From positions 32,001 to 96,000 of IMG/VR virus record IMGVR_UViG_3300047585_000133: DNA of 64,000 nucleotides, one strand, 5' to 3'. The stretch is from a virus. The notes under the pieces are model-generated. The model worked only from the letters and a program-made list of their open reading frames with translations. It was not told the DNA's origin and made no database searches. This document shows positions 1 to 8,071 of the stretch, piece after piece (within the stretch, counting starts at the first letter, position 1; each line of letters begins with the position of its first letter). The translations under genes and the position numbers were made by a program.

Positions 1-286
1 TCACTCCCCGCTTACCGCAAACAGAGCACCGAACGTTCTCCATCCACCAGGCGTACGCCTCGTCCGGGTCCATGTCGGTCAGCTCACCGGGGAACGCGAC
101 GCAGGTGACCCCGTACTCCTTCTCGCCGCACGAGCAGACCGTCCTCGTCCCGTCCAGGTGAACGTGATGATCGCGGTGCGGGTCGTTGGCTTCCTCCCAG
201 GCCAGCTCCTGGAGTTCATCCGCCTCGCGGATCTCCCGGCGCACGGCAGCTTTAGCAGCCATCCGGCCTTCCCAGGTGTCAGTCAT
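1..286 (-). CDS. hypothetical Cys-rich protein (partial, runs off window edge)
   Basis: ATG 286 overlaps the upstream stop; MTDTWEGRMAAK...CSCGE...CSVCG; high GC3. Confidence 0.7.
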   Translation of the reverse strand, partial: MTDTWEGRMAAKAAVRREIREADELQELAWEEANDPHRDHHVHLDGTRTVCSCGEKEYGVTCVAFPGELTDMDPDEAYAWWMENVRCSVCGKRGV

Positions 287-1689
287 CAGAACCGGCTCCT
301 CCAGGTTCGGTCTGCCGCGTAGATCCGGTTGGGGACGATACCGCCCTGCTGGGCCGCCAGGGACACCGCATGGTTGAGGAACTTGCGCGGCGCCAGTCCC
401 GGGTGCCGCCACTTCACCCCGACGTTGCCCTTGGCGACGGCCCCGGCCACCTTGCCCGGCGTCGTGAACGGGCGGCTCGTCTCCCGTTTGGAGATCCGGC
501 CGGGAGCACCAGGCTGGACGGCCTTGCGGAAGATCAGCACCTGGGTCTTCCCGGACAGGGTCAGCCGGGTCTTCGCCTTCGGGTTCTTCGCCCGCTCGCT
601 GCCGTCCAGGTCGTCGACCCACATCGGGATCGTCTTGCCCTGGAGGGCGAACATGGTGAACGGCCGGATGCCCTGTTCCTGGAACCAGACGTAGCTGTTG
701 TGACTTGCCATCCCCTCAGACATGTAGGTGTGCTCGCTTGTCTCCATAAGCATCACCATCCGCTCTCCGACATCTCGGACTGCCACTACCCGGCGTTCTC
801 TGGTCGCTCGCATGTACCTGTTTTCGTAGCGCAGCTTGGGAAGCAGCCGGAGCGGACGAATAGACCCCAAGAATCTGGCTTGCTCTGAAAATCCGCCCAG
901 GATGTCAAGATGCCAAGCGGTACCCGTACCCTGCCAGGCTCTGTAACGGAAGCCCCGAGATTCCAGCAGACGCTTGATCTCATCAAGCACAGGGCCAGCA
1001 TTCTGGGCTACTACCAGTCCTCCTGCGTTGGTCCACGACTCGCTTCGAGAGCCGTTGTAGAACATCGATCCTTCACCGTCGTAAATCCCAGCGAGCCACC
1101 CAGCCTCTCGCGACTTGTCTTCGTCCCAGGTAGGCAGGTAGTAGCCGATCCGGTCTCCGGGTCGCAGCTCGGCCGCCTTCATCCACTTCCTCGGATGACC
1201 ATCATGGCGAGATCCGAGGAGCGGGTGAGTCCGGGTACACGTGAAGCGGAATCCGTCGTCGAATTCGACCTCTACGCACTGGCGCGGCGCAGGAACAGCA
1301 GCGAGAACCTCGGCAGTACGGAAGCGACGACCTCGACCCCGGTATCCGTCTGGAGTCGGGACAACATCCTCGTCCACTGCGATGAGCTTGTCTCCGGCGA
1401 CGATCTTTTCGACTGGAACCCACTGCCAGTCTGATCTCAGGACACGCATACCAAATGATACACAGTCTGCCCAGCCGAGGCCGAAGAAGCCCTGGCCGTA
1501 CAAGGGGAACAGGCGGCTGGCCGAGGCCCCGGTCAGCTTCGGCATGACCCGCCGGGCCTCCTTGACGGCGACGTTGGCCAGGGTCCGGGCCCGGGACCCG
1601 GACAGGCCGTCCACCCGCATGATCAATCGATCGGGATGGGCGGCGATCACCATCTCCTGCGTCTCGACCAGAGCGACCATGCTGCCCAT
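286..1689 (-). CDS. HK97 gp10-like neck/tail-completion protein interrupted by an intein
   Basis: Exteins carry YVWFQEQG and HPG..PRKFL motifs typical of gp10-like proteins. Confidence 0.7.
   Translation of the reverse strand: MGSMVALVETQEMVIAAHPDRLIMRVDGLSGSRARTLANVAVKEARRVMPKLTGASASRLFPLYGQGFFGLGWADCVSFGMRVLRSDWQWVPVEKIVAGDKLIAVDEDVVPTPDGYRGRGRRFRTAEVLAAVPAPRQCVEVEFDDGFRFTCTRTHPLLGSRHDGHPRKWMKAAELRPGDRIGYYLPTWDEDKSREAGWLAGIYDGEGSMFYNGSRSESWTNAGGLVVAQNAGPVLDEIKRLLESRGFRYRAWQGTGTAWHLDILGGFSEQARFLGSIRPLRLLPKLRYENRYMRATRERRVVAVRDVGERMVMLMETSEHTYMSEGMASHNSYVWFQEQGIRPFTMFALQGKTIPMWVDDLDGSERAKNPKAKTRLTLSGKTQVLIFRKAVQPGAPGRISKRETSRPFTTPGKVAGAVAKGNVGVKWRHPGLAPRKFLNHAVSLAAQQGGIVPNRIYAADRTWRSRF
697..1464 (-). 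mobile_element. intein (256 aa) with LAGLIDADG homing endonuclease
   Basis: Starts CVSFGMRV, block B TRTHPLL, WLAGIYDGEGS, ends SHN followed by Ser+1; lower GC3 than the exteins. Confidence 0.93.
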
Positions 1690-1704
1690 GGTAGGCCCGG
1701 ATAG

Positions 1705-1734
1705 GCTACCGGCGGGTAAGCTACCGGCGGGTAA
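1705..1734. repeat. 15-bp tandem duplication GCTACCGGCGGGTAA x2
   Basis: Read directly. Confidence 0.85.
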
Positions 1735-1739
1735 CCGGC

Positions 1740-2300
1740 TTAGAAAACTAATTCCACTAGTGCAACCTAAATACCCTAACTACTACTATAGACAATAAAT
1801 TTTTTCTAAAAATTATTAGTAGTTAGTACTTATAGGTGTTGCAGTTAGCGAACGCCACGCGGCTACTGATAGTCACTACGCGGCCACTTAAAGTGATAGT
1901 GCAATTCTTCCGAGAGCCAGTGCAATTCTTTGTGCACTGAAAGTGCGATTCTTTTGTTCGATATACGCGGCTGACCTGGAGTTAGTGCAATAGTGCAGTT
2001 CTTTTGCCCTGGTATGAGCTACGCGCGATGCTAAGGCTAAGTTACGTAATCGTCAGTTCACTCTTAGTCACTACGCGGCCGGTCTCCCCGTGATGTCCGA
2101 TTTGACTTATTTGAGAGCTTCGTCCCTCCGCAGATTTTCTCAGAGGATCCGGGCAAAAATAACTGCACTATTGCACTTCTTGCAGCTAGCATTACTTAAA
2201 TCGAATACAGGTTCTGCACTTTTAATTGCACGGGTCTGCACCAGACGGCCGAGAATTGCACGGATCTCCGTCACGACCCGGACTCGGTTATGGTGACTGC
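1740..2300. other. AT-rich non-coding region with iteron-like repeats; candidate replication origin or control region
   Basis: AGTGCRRTTCTT at 1898, 1919, 1942, 1992; inverted copies 2161-2261; long IR 1984-2009/2151-2177; AT-rich tract 1740-1835. Confidence 0.55.
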
Positions 2301-2368
2301 TACCCTGGCCAGCCTCTTTGCGGCAATCTGGCCTAGTCAGTCCCGTGCGTCACCATAAGGAGTCTTCC

Positions 2369-2611
2369 GTGAGCGTTACTGCGCCCGTACCCAGAGAGGG
2401 CGGCGACCGCCTGTTCACCCCGGCCGAGGTGGCGGCGATCTTCCGGGTCGACCCCAAGACGGTCACCCGCTGGGCAGCTGCCAGACCTCCCCGGATCCGC
2501 TCAATGCGTACCCCGGGCGGCCACCGCCGGTTTCCCGAGTCCGAGGTCTACCTGCTGCTGAACGGGCAGGTCGCGGGCACCGCCCAGCAGTTATCAAGAA
2601 AACCTGTATAA
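2369..2611 (+). CDS. bldC: BldC-family MerR-like DNA-binding protein
   Basis: LFTPAEVAAIFRVDPKTVTRWA...RTPGGHRRF closely matches Streptomyces BldC; AAGGAG RBS before GTG 2369. Confidence 0.9.
   Translation: MSVTAPVPREGGDRLFTPAEVAAIFRVDPKTVTRWAAARPPRIRSMRTPGGHRRFPESEVYLLLNGQVAGTAQQLSRKPV
2591..2609. promoter_or_regulatory. conserved 19-bp motif, copy 1
   Basis: TTATCAAGAAAACCTGTAT, just upstream of the tRNA-array promoter. Confidence 0.7.
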
Positions 2612-2616
2612 AAGTC

Positions 2617-2646
2617 TTGCTGGTTGGCGAGAGAGGATGGTACGGT
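2617..2646 (+). promoter_or_regulatory. sigmaA/HrdB-type promoter for the tRNA array
   Basis: TTGCTG-18bp-TACGGT. Confidence 0.55.
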
Positions 2647-2907
2647 TTGAACATGCCGCCGGGGAACCGGCGGACAGCAGACCCCAGCAGTCCAGGACAA
2701 GGAAGCATGGAACTCTCCGCCTCACCCGTTTACCAGCCGTCGTGCTGGCTGAAGGCGCATGACGCCGTCAGCTTCCAGCCCGCGACTGGAAGGGGCAGTG
2801 AGCGCCGGGGGCTCCCCGGGTAGGACCTTACGAGGAACTTGCCCAGGAGCCGCCAGCGGAGAGAAAACCGCAGGCGGCTCCTCTGGTTCCCGGGTACAAC
2901 TGAACAT

Positions 2908-2975
2908 GCGAGTAGCCGCTGGGCGGTAGCCGGTCTCCAAAGCCGGCAAGCTGGGTTCGACTCCTGGTACTCGTG
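2908..2975 (+). tRNA. tRNA-Trp(CCA), shortened D arm
   Basis: CCGGT-CTCCAAA-GCCGG; GGTTCGACTCC T arm; acceptor GCGAGTA/TACTCGT. Confidence 0.8.
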
Positions 2976-3405
2976 CTGGTCCGCGAGGACCTTGCCACCG
3001 GCTGACGGGCGAGAGCCCCGAGGACGGCAACCGGCTCGACTTTTCTCATCTCAACAGCGGAACACGATGCGGCAGGGTGCCAACCTGCCGCACGGTGACC
3101 AGCGGACTGGCCCCTGCCCCGGTATGGTGGCGGAGGAGATCTCCGTACGACCTTTACGGATGGTTCAGGGCACGAAACAAACGGGGCAGGAGCCAGCCTG
3201 CCGGTCACCCAGATTTCGGCGCGGTGAAAGACAATGCAGCTACTCCCGGGGAGCAGCGGCCGTTAAAGGCCGGGGACGTACCGTCAAGGATGGTTCCTGT
3301 ACCGGGCACCGCGCCAGCAAGACTCCCCTCCTCCCGGTGTGCTCACACCCGCCGGGACAAGGGAGCCGTGGGCCCGTCCCTGCTTGCGGGGTCGGGCTCC
3401 ACCAC

Positions 3406-3478
3406 GGGGCCTTGGCGCAGCTGGTAGCGCGTCTGCATGGCATGCAGAAGGTCAGGAGTTCGACTCTCCTAGGCTCCA
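3406..3478 (+). tRNA. tRNA-Ala(GGC)
   Basis: Cloverleaf, loop ATGGCAT, G3:U70. Confidence 0.95.
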
Positions 3479-3481
3479 CGA

Positions 3482-3553
3482 GGGGGCGGTGCGGGTTCGA
3501 ATCCTGCCCGGCGGGAGAAATCCCAACGGTAGCTCAATGGCAGAGCAGCCCCC
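3482..3553 (+). ncRNA. circularly permuted tRNA mimic (T arm - closed acceptor - D arm), YrlA-like
   Basis: GGGGGC / T arm GCGGGTTCGAATCCTGC / CCG..CGG / TAGCTCAATGGCAGAGCA / GCCCCC. Confidence 0.75.
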
Positions 3554-3790
3554 GTCAGTTTGGGCAGGATAAACCGGGCGAAACGTAGATGATCCCGGTG
3601 GAGCGGGGACGGCAGGCCGGCGGAACATCGTGCCTGTGGTACTTGGTTGTCCTGGACCGGGAGGGTACCCCGGACGCAAACCTGGTAGGTGCCGTCGTGA
3701 AACACGGCCGTGAGTAGCGGCGGCAACTGCCCGGCGGGCGCCGCGAGCCCGTTAATAGGAAACCGGACCGAGGATTCCGGACGCGGACCT

Positions 3791-3865
3791 GGGCTGTTAG
3801 CTCACCGCAGGTAGAGCACTGCACCCGCAATGCAGAGGTACCCGGTTCGAGCCCGGGACGGTCCA
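3791..3865 (+). tRNA. tRNA-Ala(CGC)
   Basis: Loop CCCGCAA, G3:U70. Confidence 0.9.
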
Positions 3866-3987
3866 CGGGAGGAAGACGCAGGGTTCGATTCCATGCCCGG
3901 CCGCTTGGGAGGCCGGCGCTCATGCGAGTACGCGTTGCGGAAAGCCTGCGCCGGCCGCGTCCGGTACCTCAGGGCAGAGGACTCCGT
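3865..3987 (+). ncRNA. second permuted tRNA mimic with ~60-nt insert in the acceptor stem
   Basis: GGAG / CAGGGTTCGATTCCATG / CCGG...CCGG / TACCTCAGGGCAGAGGA / CTCC. Confidence 0.6.
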
Positions 3988-3990
3988 CAC

Positions 3991-4063
3991 GGGGAAGTAG
4001 CTCAGCTGGAAGAGCACCCGCCCTGCAAGCGGGATGTCAGGGATTCGAGTTCCCTCTTCTCCA
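3991..4063 (+). tRNA. tRNA-Ala(TGC)
   Basis: Loop CCTGCAA, G3:U70. Confidence 0.9.
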
Positions 4064-4114
4064 CGTCGGCCTCTGGAATCCCCGGGAGAATGATCTCCCG
4101 CCATGCCGGCTCCA

Positions 4115-4188
4115 CGGGATATTGCGTAGTGGTAGCGCGCCTGGTTTGGGACCAGGCGGCTGGGGTTCGATTCCCTGTATCCCGACCA
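4115..4188 (+). tRNA. tRNA-Pro(TGG)
   Basis: Loop TTTGGGA, encoded CCA. Confidence 0.93.
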
Positions 4189-4281
4189 GTCGCCTGGAGC
4201 TGGCTCAAGCTCCCTGGTTTCCCCCGAGCAGGGAGCTGGTCCCGGAAGCACCGGGAGGGCGGCGTTAAGTCCGGTACACGG

Positions 4282-4325
4282 CTGCGGCGCACGGGACATT
4301 CCGGTTCGACTCCGGATCGCCGCAG
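4282..4325 (+). ncRNA. acceptor+T minihelix lacking D and anticodon arms
   Basis: CTGCGGCG-10nt-TCCGGTTCGACTCCGGA-T-CGCCGCAG. Confidence 0.5.
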
Positions 4326-4434
4326 TGCAGTAGGCCGCGTTGCCCCTAGCAAGCGGGCGCCGAAAAACCGCCTGGAGCGGCAGTAGCTTGCAGGTGACCG
4401 GGACGCGATCGCGACGTGAGCCCGGCACCGTCAA

Positions 4435-4508
4435 CGGAGCGTAGCTCAACTTGGCAGAGCACTCGGCTGGGGGCCGAGCGGTTGCGCGTTCAAATCGCGC
4501 CACTCCGA
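4435..4508 (+). tRNA. tRNA-Pro(GGG)
   Basis: Loop CTGGGGG. Confidence 0.92.
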
Positions 4509-4584
4509 CGTGAGGGCCTAGGGCCGGGTAACCGGCTGGCGCGATATACGACCTAGGGAGCGGGAGCACTGGTACCCCGCATAT

Positions 4585-4659
4585 CTGGCTATGGCGCAGC
4601 TTGGCTAGCGCGCTGCCTTCGGGAGGCAGAGGTCCCCAGTTCAAATCTGGGTAGCCAGA
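4585..4659 (+). tRNA. tRNA-Pro(CGG)
   Basis: Loop TTCGGGA. Confidence 0.93.
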
Positions 4660-4711
4660 CGAGACCCAAAGGCCACGGGTCTGCTGGAACGCGGGTTCGC
4701 TACCTGCGTTG

Positions 4712-4818
4712 GATGCAAGGTGTAGGGCGCACAGGGGCGCGCGGACGCCCAGAGCCGGGGGAAACCCGGTAGCTGGGTGGTCACGGGCCTCGGGGCCGGG
4801 TTCAACTCCCGGGGCATC
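4712..4818 (+). ncRNA. multi-arm tRNA-like RNA
   Basis: GATGC/GCATC closing stem, T arm CCGGGTTCAACTCCCGG, no canonical anticodon arm. Confidence 0.4.
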
Positions 4819-4879
4819 GCTGGATCTCAAAGGCCCAAGTGAGGCGGAAGATAGGGCCACGCCCTGCCGGAGATCTTAT

Positions 4880-4953
4880 GGTCGCTTAGCTCAGTTGGAA
4901 CGAGCGCCTGATTGAAACCCAGGAGGACCCCCGTTCGGCTCGGGGAGTGACCA
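4880..4953 (+). tRNA. tRNA-Phe(GAA)
   Basis: Loop TTGAAAC. Confidence 0.88.
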
Positions 4954-5068
4954 CGGTGACGGAGTACTACGTCACTTGGGCCCTGTGGTAAGCGCACCAC
5001 AGGGAAAGCGGTTGGCAGGCTACGCCAGCTCCTCCGGGGGCGAGCCGGGTTCAAAACCCGGGACCGTG
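4952..5068 (+). ncRNA. multi-arm tRNA-like RNA
   Basis: CACGGT/ACCGTG closing stem, several hairpins, T arm CCGGGTTCAAAACCCGG. Confidence 0.4.
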
Positions 5069-5203
5069 CGATGCCGTGACCCTGTCGATCGCAGGATCAC
5101 CACGGCAGCCGGGAAAGAACTTTCCCGGCGCGAAGGTTGCCGGTAACCCCTGCGTTAAAGGGAGGCAGTTCCGTTGCAACGGACTGCCGTGGAACTGGAC
5201 CAT

Positions 5204-5274
5204 GCGGATGTCGTCCAACGGCAGGACAGCAGCCTTCCAAGCTGCTGATGCGGGTTCGAGTCCCGTCTTCCGCT
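5204..5274 (+). tRNA. tRNA-Gly(TCC)
   Basis: Loop CTTCCAA. Confidence 0.95.
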
Positions 5275-5471
5275 CTACGGCACGACGCCCCGCCTGGCTC
5301 CGCCCAAATGGTACCCAGGGGGATACGGCCGGGAGAGTAGCGCTCCTCCCGGTAAGCCGGCCTGTTGCAACGGGCCGGACTTCGTGCCGCCCGGGTGATC
5401 CTGCCGGAGCCCCTGTGAGCCCTGCCGCAAGCGGGGCAATACCAGGCTCCCCGGCGGGACTCCGGGACCCT

Positions 5472-5544
5472 GCGCCGCTAACTCAACTGGCAGAGTACCG
5501 TCCTCTTAAGTCGGGAGTTGGGGGTTCAAGTCCCTCGCGGCGCA
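5472..5544 (+). tRNA. tRNA-Lys(CTT)
   Basis: Loop CTCTTAA. Confidence 0.93.
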
Positions 5545-5622
5545 CTGAAGGAATGCTGAAGGCCAAACCCGGGGCTGGTGCCGACGAAGAGGCCTCCTGC
5601 CACCAGCAGCATTCCTTCTCAC

Positions 5623-5696
5623 GGGCAAGTAGCAGAACGGCATATGCGGCGGATTCAAGCTCCGCGCTCTTACGGGTTCGAATCCCGTCTTGCCTA
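5623..5696 (+). tRNA. tRNA-Leu(CAA), short variable arm
   Basis: Loop TTCAAGC. Confidence 0.88.
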
Positions 5697-5776
5697 CGTG
5701 CCGGGTCGCTCCCGGCGGAGCAGGGGATCGTGCACAGGACCCGTCCTGCCCAGTGGACCGGGGAAGTGCTCACCAT

Positions 5777-5848
5777 TGGAGTATGGCGTAATCGGCAGCG
5801 CGCCGGGTTCTGGTCCCGGCGGTCTAGGTTCGAGTCCTGGTACTCCAG
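5777..5848 (+). tRNA. tRNA-Gln(CTG)
   Basis: Loop TTCTGGT, U1-A72. Confidence 0.95.
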
Positions 5849-5916
5849 CGTGATCGTCGGAGTTTCGTTGGCAGGATCCCAGTCCTGCACCTGGGCAACT
5901 TCGCCGGCGGTCTTAT

Positions 5917-5989
5917 GCCCCTGTAGCTCAGACGGAAGAGCAGTGCACCCGTAATGCACAGGCCAGCGGTTCGAAGCCGCTCGGGGGCT
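5917..5989 (+). tRNA. tRNA-Thr(CGT)
   Basis: Loop CCCGTAA. Confidence 0.9.
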
Positions 5990-6189
5990 CGTAGTGCAAC
6001 ACCGGAGACCTCGGTCTCGCATGCACGTCCGGGTAGCGCAAGGTGGAACCGTCCGGCGGTTAGAAGGAGCGAGGTACAGGCGGGGCTCCCGCGACGGCTA
6101 GGGATGAGGCCGTCACCACGATCGTGATCCTGGTCAGGCCCAGGTGTGCGAGTGGCCATAGGCATGAGGGCCGCCGCCAGGATCACCAT

Positions 6190-6274
6190 GTCCGTGTGGC
6201 GAAATGGCATACGCGCCAGCTTGAGGTGCTGGTGCCCCGCGAGGGGTGTGAGGGTTCGAGTCCCTCTTCGGACA
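6190..6274 (+). tRNA. tRNA-Leu(GAG)
   Basis: Loop TTGAGGT, long variable arm. Confidence 0.95.
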
Positions 6275-6373
6275 CATGGTGGGAGATCCCGGTGACGGGC
6301 TAACCGGGGCGGATTGCGTCCAGCGGTCTGCTAGCTCAGGGCCGCTTCTGGACAGAAGAGCCCCACCTTACAC

Positions 6374-6444
6374 GCCTCTGGCTCCAACGAGCGGGCGTCC
6401 CCTGTACGGACACCAGCCCGGGGTGGCACCGGGTGGAGGCTCCA
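6374..6444 (+). tRNA. atypical tRNA-Thr(TGT)
   Basis: GCCTCTG/TGGAGGC+TCCA; mini D arm; loop CCTGTAC; degenerate T loop GGTGGCA. Confidence 0.6.
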
Positions 6445-6449
6445 TTCGA

Positions 6450-6520
6450 TCCGGGATCGTTTAACGGCAGGACGCGGTATTTTGAGTGCCGCTGTGTTGG
6501 TTCGAGTCCAGCTCCCGGAA
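6450..6520 (+). tRNA. tRNA-Gln(TTG)
   Basis: Loop TTTTGAG. Confidence 0.9.
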
Positions 6521-6532
6521 CGAAAGTCACAT

Positions 6533-6605
6533 GCCCGGATAGCTCAGTTGGCAGAGCATGCGCATGGTAAGCGCAAGGTCATCGGTTCAAATCCGTTTTC
6601 GGGCT
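6533..6605 (+). tRNA. tRNA-Thr(GGT)
   Basis: Loop ATGGTAA. Confidence 0.93.
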
Positions 6606-6617
6606 CGCATTAAATAT

Positions 6618-6689
6618 GTCGGCGTAACTCAGCGGTAGAGTGCGGCGTTGCCAACGCCGTTGTCGCGGGTCCGAATCCCGTCGCCGACT
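6618..6689 (+). tRNA. tRNA-Gly(GCC)
   Basis: Loop TTGCCAA. Confidence 0.93.
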
Positions 6690-6911
6690 CTATGGGGTAC
6701 CAGATCTCTGCTGGCCCAAAGCCCGAGCCATGGCACAGAGCATCCTCCGAGGCCGGACGCGGCCGACGGGGACCCCATTTCAGGCAGGTACAGGATCAGT
6801 ATGGTCTGGCAAAGCGGCGGAAGTCGCCATTCTCCGGAGAACGCAACCTGACCTGACTCCCTATCCGACTCCCGGGACGGATCCAGACAAGGGGGATAAG
6901 TCCCGGGGCAT

Positions 6912-6983
6912 GCGACCGTAGTGTCAAAGGCAGCACACGACCTTCCCAAGGTCGGTGAGCCGGTTCGAATCCGGTCGGTCGCT
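6912..6983 (+). tRNA. tRNA-Gly(CCC)
   Basis: Loop TTCCCAA. Confidence 0.93.
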
Positions 6984-7100
6984 CACCTGACACCAGCATC
7001 AGGCTCCGCGAGCCGCCTGCCCCAAGGTTTCCGGGCAGATGAGACTACGGTTGCCCAAAGGTATCTTCAAGCGGACTCCGGGCTGGCGGGGTCCGTCCAT

Positions 7101-7185
7101 GGGCGTGTGGTGGAACGGCAGACACGCTGGCCTCAGGTGCCAGTGGCCCGGAAGGGCCGTGAGGGTTCGAATCCCTCTTCGCTCA
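7101..7185 (+). tRNA. tRNA-Leu(CAG)
   Basis: Loop CTCAGGT, long variable arm. Confidence 0.95.
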
Positions 7186-7288
7186 CAAAGCCGCTGGCGA
7201 CGCGGCGGCCTGGCATGGCGGGATCAGCATTTCCAGGATGCCCGCCTGACCATTTACCCCAAGCCTGGACCCGGGGGAGCGTCGTAAT

Positions 7289-7373
7289 GGAGAGTGAACC
7301 GGACGGGCGTCCGGGCTTCGCTGCTAACGAATGCGCGCTGTGAAGGCGTGGGTTTCGAGTACTCCGCTCTCCG
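7289..7373 (+). tRNA. tRNA-Ser(GCT)
   Basis: Loop CTGCTAA, long variable arm, G73. Confidence 0.88.
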
Positions 7374-7806
7374 CTCGACGGGCTGTAAGGAACGGGTTGT
7401 TCCGGCCGGCAAGACGGGTTCGAGTCCCGTACAGTCCACGCGGGGTTCGATTCCCCGCTACGGGTGCTGCGACCCGTGCCAGGCTCCGGCCGCGAAGCGC
7501 TCCCAGGGGCGACCGCAGATTATGGAGAGGTCGCCTAGTCTGGCCTATGGCGCCGCGTCGGAAGCGCGGTCGGGGTAACCCTCGCGAGTTCGAATCTCGC
7601 CCTCTCTGCCACTCGCCGGCAGCCATGTCCAGAGTGAGCACCTCCTGCTGGCCGGGGGTCGTGAAGATGATCTCCACGCCGAACTCCCCGTGCTTGCCCT
7701 CCACCATGAAGAGGGCCCTCTTGATCATGGTCACCACAGGGAGCGCAGCCGCGTCTGGATTCTTCAGCCCCCGGACCGTCACGGTCACCTTTATCTCGCC
7801 TTCCAC
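7324..7806 (-). CDS. hypothetical protein antisense within the tRNA array (coding-like only over 7612-7806)
   Basis: First ~63 codons have phage-like GC3; the frame then runs antisense over tRNA-Ser. Confidence 0.45.
   Translation of the reverse strand: MEGEIKVTVTVRGLKNPDAAALPVVTMIKRALFMVEGKHGEFGVEIIFTTPGQQEVLTLDMAAGEWQRGRDSNSRGLPRPRFRRGAIGQTRRPLHNLRSPLGALRGRSLARVAAPVAGNRTPRGLYGTRTRLAGRNNPFLTARRAESGVLETHAFTARIR
7380..7438 (+). ncRNA. 59-nt Ala-identity mini-tRNA without anticodon (tmRNA TLD-like)
   Basis: GGGCTGT/ACAGTCC with G3:U, A73, perfect T arm ACGGGTTCGAGTCCCGT. Confidence 0.65.
7524..7611 (+). tRNA. tRNA-Ser(GGA)
   Basis: Loop TCGGAAG, encoded CCA. Confidence 0.9.
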
Positions 7807-7821
7807 CCCGGAAGGCTATCT

Positions 7822-7904
7822 GGCGAGGTCGCACAGTGGCCTAGTGCGCTTGCTTCGAAAGCAAGTGGGGGCGACCCCCGTGAGTTCGAATCTCACCCTC
7901 GCTG
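7822..7904 (+). tRNA. tRNA-Ser(CGA)
   Basis: Loop TTCGAAA. Confidence 0.93.
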
Positions 7905-7988
7905 CTCTGTCCCGGCCGCTCACTTCGCGTGCTTCGAGGTTTCGTGAGCCTCCCTCTTTTAGGTCGCACACGAGCCGGGACAGGTCAT

Positions 7989-8071
7989 GGCGGGGTCGCC
8001 TAGCGGCCTAGGGCGCCGGCTTTGAAACCCGGTGAGGGGAACCTCCGTGGGTTCGAATCCCACCTCCGCTG
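7989..8071 (+). tRNA. tRNA-Ser(TGA)
   Basis: Loop TTTGAAA, Ser-type D and variable arms. Confidence 0.9.

Noticed and set aside
2591-2593. TTA in bldC (and near 17437) as further hop sites
   Set aside because: Both are near the C-terminus with no downstream frame to rejoin; the bldC TTA is explained by the overlapping operator.
2990-3035. Hammerhead-like CTGACGG-GCGAGAGC-CCCGAG after tRNA-Trp
   Set aside because: The core lacks the required CUGANGA and GAAA; kept only as an unassigned pseudoknot.
7439-7497. Third permuted tRNA mimic
   Set aside because: A T arm and hairpin are present, but there is no recognisable D arm or closing stem.
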